A stretch of DNA of 23,272 bases from an uncultured archaeon (GTDB lineage Archaea > Asgardarchaeota > Lokiarchaeia > Sigyniarchaeales > SOKP01): contig CAZBPC010000051.1 in the NCBI GenBank assembly GCA_964493715.1, forward strand, positions 1-23,272, in the 5' to 3' direction. Numbering within the stretch: the stretch's first letter is position 1; each line of letters starts with the position of its first letter. The notes under the pieces are model-generated. The model was given only the letters and a program-made list of their open reading frames with translations, was not told the DNA's origin and ran no database searches. Below, piece after piece: positions 19,317 through 23,272 of this stretch. Position numbers and translations under genes: made by a program.

Positions 19317-19871
19317 TTAATCAGGGAAAACTTCGATAGATTCTCTAGGTTTTATTCTATGTATTAGAAAAAGCCAAAGTATAACTCCAACAACAAGTAA
19401 GATGGCAAGAATAGGTGTTATGTAAAGGAATGGATCCTCATTATCAAACAAAAGCGAATAATGGAAAAGGGTTGATTCTTCATTCGATTCGTCGTTAATA
19501 AACACAATATTCCAATAATCCTCTTGATGCACTTCATAACGCCCAGATGCACTATTTTGCGGACCATCAGACAAATAAAATGCAGCATAACCCATTCCAT
19601 GTTGAAATAAATCAAAATAATCATCGTCCATTAAAAAACCTGTTACGTGCACATTTGGATTATCACACTGAAATGAAAAAACAATAACACTTATCACATA
19701 ATGATGAACATGCACATATTCCCCCGGATCAAGTTGAACAACATCAGATTCTCCATTAATCGTTATAGATGCGGGATAATGATCGTAAAATGCCGTTGTT
19801 CTCACCATATTAGTAAATATGACAAGAATTAAAATAAAATTGAGAATTACGCTACATATTTTAATTTTCAT
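19317..19871 (-). CDS. Type I membrane protein: signal peptide, small beta-sandwich, C-terminal TM
   Basis: Hydrophobic N-terminus; SASGRYEVHQEDYWNIVFIN; TM ITPILAILLVVGVILWLFLI followed by HRIKPR. Confidence 0.8.
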   Translation of the reverse strand: MKIKICSVILNFILILVIFTNMVRTTAFYDHYPASITINGESDVVQLDPGEYVHVHHYVISVIVFSFQCDNPNVHVTGFLMDDDYFDLFQHGMGYAAFYLSDGPQNSASGRYEVHQEDYWNIVFINDESNEESTLFHYSLLFDNEDPFLYITPILAILLVVGVILWLFLIHRIKPRESIEVFPD

Positions 19872-19894
19872 TTGATTATCTTCTCCTTCTGATA

Positions 19895-20551
19895 CTAATT
19901 CCCTCTAAAATACATTAATATTAATTGAACGAAATACGATGAAAAAAAGAATATAAAGATAAAAGTTCCGCTCATAATTATCCCGGTATTCCTAAACAGT
20001 GGTTGTTTATTTAAAACTCCATGAAAAATCAGAAAAGTATAGGCGGCCAAAATTATACCAAAAATCATATATCTCAAGAACAAAAATAGGACGATATTTT
20101 CTAGATATGAGGAAGGGTCTGTTAATCTCATCAAGGTAGAGGTAAAAAATGAAATTAAATGATAAGCAAGTAGTAAAGTACCGGCAAGAAGTAAATAAAA
20201 CTTGTATCGATCCTTATTGAAATAGCCGAAAATTAAGAGAGATAAAGCAGGAATAAATTGTGTAGGAAGAGAAATAAGTAATGATAGCCATATAAAGTAG
20301 AGATTAAGAATGAGCATTTCCTCTGCAGAGATATTTCTTGCTTCAACTCCGGGAATAAAGAAAAAAGCAAGGGACACACCTAACGCGATTAAAGAAGATA
20401 TGAGGAGTAATCTCGGTAATTTAAACTCTTCTTTATAACGCCAAATTGTTGAATAAATCAGGAGATTATATAAAATGATAGGAAAACTCGAAAAAAGTTG
20501 TAAGAAAAAAGTTTCTGGGTCTAAAAAAGGAAATACGAGATTAATATTCAT
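19895..20551 (-). CDS. Hypothetical multi-pass (~6 TM) membrane protein
   Basis: 218-aa hydrophobic ORF, 23 nt upstream of 19317..19871 with GGAG SD (probable operon). Confidence 0.78.
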   Translation of the reverse strand: MNINLVFPFLDPETFFLQLFSSFPIILYNLLIYSTIWRYKEEFKLPRLLLISSLIALGVSLAFFFIPGVEARNISAEEMLILNLYFIWLSLLISLPTQFIPALSLLIFGYFNKDRYKFYLLLAGTLLLAYHLISFFTSTLMRLTDPSSYLENIVLFLFLRYMIFGIILAAYTFLIFHGVLNKQPLFRNTGIIMSGTFIFIFFFSSYFVQLILMYFRGN

Positions 20552-20713
20552 AATATTTCATTTATAATGTGTTAAATCATTGGATAAACTGAATTTCTTT
20601 CAAATTATGTTTAAGTTGATGAGATTTAAAAATTTTATTCTTTACATAAATATTTATAAAAAAAAGAATCGATACTTTGGGGATTAAAGACATAACATCT
20701 CTTAAATTTCAGG

Positions 20714-20811
20714 TGGTGGTATGGGCGGTTATCCTGACATGGATTATTAACTTCTTATTTTTTATTTATTTTTTCTTTCTATTATTCTTTTAATTTTTTA
20801 GAGATATTTTG
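20714..20811 (+). repeat. Direct repeat copy 2: orphan thermosome 3' end (GGMGGYPDMDY*) plus terminator
   Basis: Aligns to 18097-18198; in-frame TAA at 20703-20705 upstream, so it is not part of a longer ORF. Confidence 0.95.
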
Positions 20812-20831
20812 GCAGAGCCCACATCTGCCAA
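20809..20831. other. GC-rich hairpin TTGGCAGA-N7-TCTGCCAA
   Basis: Perfect 8-bp inverted repeat at the distal edge of repeat copy 2. Confidence 0.7.
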
Positions 20832-21007
20832 TAATAGATCACTAAATATTCTTGATACTATTCATTGTTTGTAGGTCGCTTGTTTCGAAATTTTTCGGTT
20901 CTTTTCTTTCTCATTTCTTTGGATTTTTCAAGAAACCGTTCAAATTCTTCCTTTCCGGCTTTTACTGCATCTAAATCTTCTTTGGATACCTCTCCAAGTA
21001 CATTTTT

Positions 21008-21772
21008 TCATGTTGAAGAGATATCTTTTCCTTCCTTTTCACCCATTCGTCTCAGGAAATCTTTAAACTCAGGAGGTTCATTATCAGGACCGACGAACGT
21101 GAGATGATATGGCCAACCGTGTTCATTCCTCTCCGATTCAGCCATTTTTGAGACAATGAATTTCGTTCGGGTAGTCACTTTTTTACCCGTCCAGAGCCAG
21201 ATTCTAGAATATTTCGGATCTTTAAACGGGTAGATTTCATCATCATCCAACACTTCAGATAGTTTTATACCTGGACTTAATTTGATCTCTTTGAAATCTT
21301 GAAACAAGGAATCAAAGTAATGTGAAGCTAATTCTTTAGGAAACTCTTTTGCTTCAAGGAACTCTATCACGTGACCATTAACAATGGTAATGAGGTCGTT
21401 AAGTCCAAAAAAGTAAATCAGGAAGGATGGTAAAGTGGGAAGTCCGTCAGGGATTTGAATGCTAATTAAGTTAGGACTTATTATTTCATGAAGGTATTTC
21501 CTATCTATCGTAATTACTTTTAAGTTATCTTGCTTTAATATTGACTTCACTTGTATTGCCGCATTTTGAATATCCATTACAAGTTCTTTTGGGAGTGGCA
21601 ACAATTTTGTAAACCATCCAAGAAGCTCTTCAGGACGTTCCTTTATCGTCCCACTAAAAACATGGGTATCTATTACGTCATTTTTCTTGAGAAGCCTTAC
21701 AGCCATTTTCTCATTTATCAATCCAAATTGGAGATGATGGGATGTGCCTAAAATGTTAAATTCGGAACTCAT
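21008..21772 (-). CDS. Protein with a C-terminal Asgard gelsolin-like domain; frame continues past the TGA to a TAG at 20858
   Basis: aa ~147-241: LSEVLDDDEIYPFKDPKYSRIWLWTGKKVTTRTKF...VGPDNEPPEFKDFL fits the gelsolin pattern L-x2-D...IWxWxG...K...V..gxE.xxF. Confidence 0.72.
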   Translation of the reverse strand: MSSEFNILGTSHHLQFGLINEKMAVRLLKKNDVIDTHVFSGTIKERPEELLGWFTKLLPLPKELVMDIQNAAIQVKSILKQDNLKVITIDRKYLHEIISPNLISIQIPDGLPTLPSFLIYFFGLNDLITIVNGHVIEFLEAKEFPKELASHYFDSLFQDFKEIKLSPGIKLSEVLDDDEIYPFKDPKYSRIWLWTGKKVTTRTKFIVSKMAESERNEHGWPYHLTFVGPDNEPPEFKDFLRRMGEKEGKDISST

Positions 21773-21929
21773 TTCTAAGATATAATTAGTATTTCAAGTA
21801 ATAAATATACTCATAATTGCGTAATGAAATACGACTGAAAAAATAATTGATATTTGTTAGTAATATTAATATACTAAATAAAAAATATTTAAATTAATCC
21901 AAGTATCATAAAATAGAGGGTGTAAATCA

Positions 21930-22391
21930 ATGAGAAATTACAAAAAAATCTGGATTTTGTTATTTTTTCTTACTTGTTGTTTTTTAATTCCAAATACTAA
22001 AGGAATTGAGAGAATAGAAGAGACTTTTTATTGCCCGAAAAATATTCATACCCCTATTATTGAAAATCTTAATATAGAAAAGGACGAAGTAATTACTTGG
22101 GATTTTACCACTTTCAATAGTTCCTTCGAAGCGATATTAGGCTTATGGATTAGTACATTTACGTTTGTTGTTGCTTTATGTGTTCAAGAAACAAACGGTA
22201 GGGGAGAATATAAATTTACTCAAACGGGAGATTATCGTATTACTGCAGGTAATTTTGGTATAAATGATGGTTATATTCATATAGTTTTAGAAAACAAAAA
22301 TGGAATATCGAGTTATCCGCTTTTCATAATATTTGGAATAATTGGAACGACTATTATAATTAAGTCCATAAAAGTAAAGAGATCAAATTAA
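21930..22391 (+). CDS. Secreted/anchored beta-sandwich protein with a Loki-CTERM-like tail
   Basis: Signal peptide; tail GISSYPLFIIFGIIGTTIIIKSIKVKR resembles the IPGY + TM + basic Loki-CTERM pattern. Confidence 0.75.
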   Translation: MRNYKKIWILLFFLTCCFLIPNTKGIERIEETFYCPKNIHTPIIENLNIEKDEVITWDFTTFNSSFEAILGLWISTFTFVVALCVQETNGRGEYKFTQTGDYRITAGNFGINDGYIHIVLENKNGISSYPLFIIFGIIGTTIIIKSIKVKRSN

Positions 22392-22394
22392 ACA

Positions 22395-23102
22395 ATGGAA
22401 AATCTCAAGAATTTATTAGATAGAGATGAAAATGTTCTCTGGAAACGAGAAGTTATACGAGATATAGTTCCTGATAAAAAGAAAATTAAAATAATTAAAG
22501 CGTCAAAAATAATTTTTCCCATTTTCATTGGTGTCATTATTCTCTTGAATCTCTTGGTTCTAATGACTACATCATCTCCATTGATGGGTAGTATTTTTCT
22601 AATTTTTTCCCCTTTGATGTTGTTGTGTCCTGTCTTAAATTTTCGGATGCAGGTGCATAATTCATTTAATCAACAAATTGAATTGCATGAAATCATGAGA
22701 AAGTATTATCCGGATGAAATTTTAAGTAAAGTCCCCTTTCTTGAAGTAATTACTAATAAACATTTTATTATGACAGAACCTTTTAGTCATGAGATATATC
22801 CTCTCTGGCTTGGTGTTGATATTGCACATGAATATGAACCAAGAAATGAATTTATCTTCTATAATTTAGATAAATTAACAGATATATGTAAGTATATCAA
22901 GCCAAAAAAAGATAGATATGAAATTGGGTTATACTTTGATTTGAAGGAGCATAATCTTATTGGAGATGATGCTCCTCATTATTGGTTTGAGGGATTAACT
23001 AATTTACAGTATAAAAACATCCTAAGTGCCTTACTAAAGACAACTCCTGATGTACCTATCAGTTTTTTATTTAAAAACCAAGAGGATTTTGAACATCTGT
23101 AA
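22395..23102 (+). CDS. Membrane protein with 2 TM helices and a probable PH-like domain
   Basis: LDRDENVLW N-terminal motif, two TM helices, then VITNKHFIM resembling the (Y)xxTNxRxx strand of prokaryotic PH domains; 3 nt from the upstream gene. Confidence 0.65.
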   Translation: MENLKNLLDRDENVLWKREVIRDIVPDKKKIKIIKASKIIFPIFIGVIILLNLLVLMTTSSPLMGSIFLIFSPLMLLCPVLNFRMQVHNSFNQQIELHEIMRKYYPDEILSKVPFLEVITNKHFIMTEPFSHEIYPLWLGVDIAHEYEPRNEFIFYNLDKLTDICKYIKPKKDRYEIGLYFDLKEHNLIGDDAPHYWFEGLTNLQYKNILSALLKTTPDVPISFLFKNQEDFEHL

Positions 23103-23192
23103 TATCTTTTGAAGATAATCAATCAAAATTCATCTTTACCATCATAATTCATCATCATATAATTAAAATACATTAAAAAGGGGATTTTTTTT

Positions 23193-23272
23193 TTAAATCT
23201 CTAAAATTCCATCCCATGCTTTCCTTTCTTTTTCGAATAACGCATTAGCGATTTTGATTTCATTTCCTAATA
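23193..23272 (-). CDS. 3' end of a gene entering from the right edge (...LGNEIKIANALFEKERKAWDGILEI*)
   Basis: Frame open from the window end to TAA at 23195-23193; protein-like composition. Confidence 0.55.
   Translation of the reverse strand, partial: LGNEIKIANALFEKERKAWDGILEI

Larger units (their letters stand above)
18199..20713. mobile_element. Putative integrated islet (~2.5 kb) bounded by thermosome 3'-end direct repeats; no integrase
   Basis: Flanking ~100-nt direct repeats; three minus-strand accessory genes; long degenerate spacers. Confidence 0.5.

Noticed and set aside
17050-21751. ORFs 17050..17280, 18003..18188, 18614..18826, 19418..19624, 20865..21107 and 21551..21751
   Set aside because: Shadow ORFs; 20865..21107 is the antisense of the gelsolin gene end and its post-TGA extension
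1-23272. CRISPR arrays, tRNA/rRNA genes, transposases, integrases, reverse transcriptases
   Set aside because: None recognised by eye: no regularly spaced repeats, no cloverleaf or GC-rich structural RNA, no catalytic motifs

Overview
AT-rich archaeal chromosomal segment, most likely from an Asgard archaeon (Lokiarchaeia/Promethearchaeota). This rests on L38e, L40e, a NusA-like paralog, a thermosome subunit, a gelsolin-like domain and a Loki-CTERM-like tail. The left end carries informational genes, including an L40e missing from the ORF track. The middle is a patchwork of metabolic genes (isochorismatase, CMD, WOR4-like tungsten oxidoreductase plus Fe-S subunit, two ICMT/PEMT-like paralogs, SMP-30, FAD oxidoreductase-LLM-amidohydrolase) separated by spacers with apparent gene remnants. 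Two features stand out. First, the 3' end and terminator of the thermosome gene (~100 nt) recur 2.6 kb downstream as a direct repeat that brackets a three-gene islet with no integrase (attL/attR-like). Second, the adjacent gelsolin-domain gene stays open for 49 codons past an in-frame TGA. All family calls come from motif recognition and memory, not database searches.
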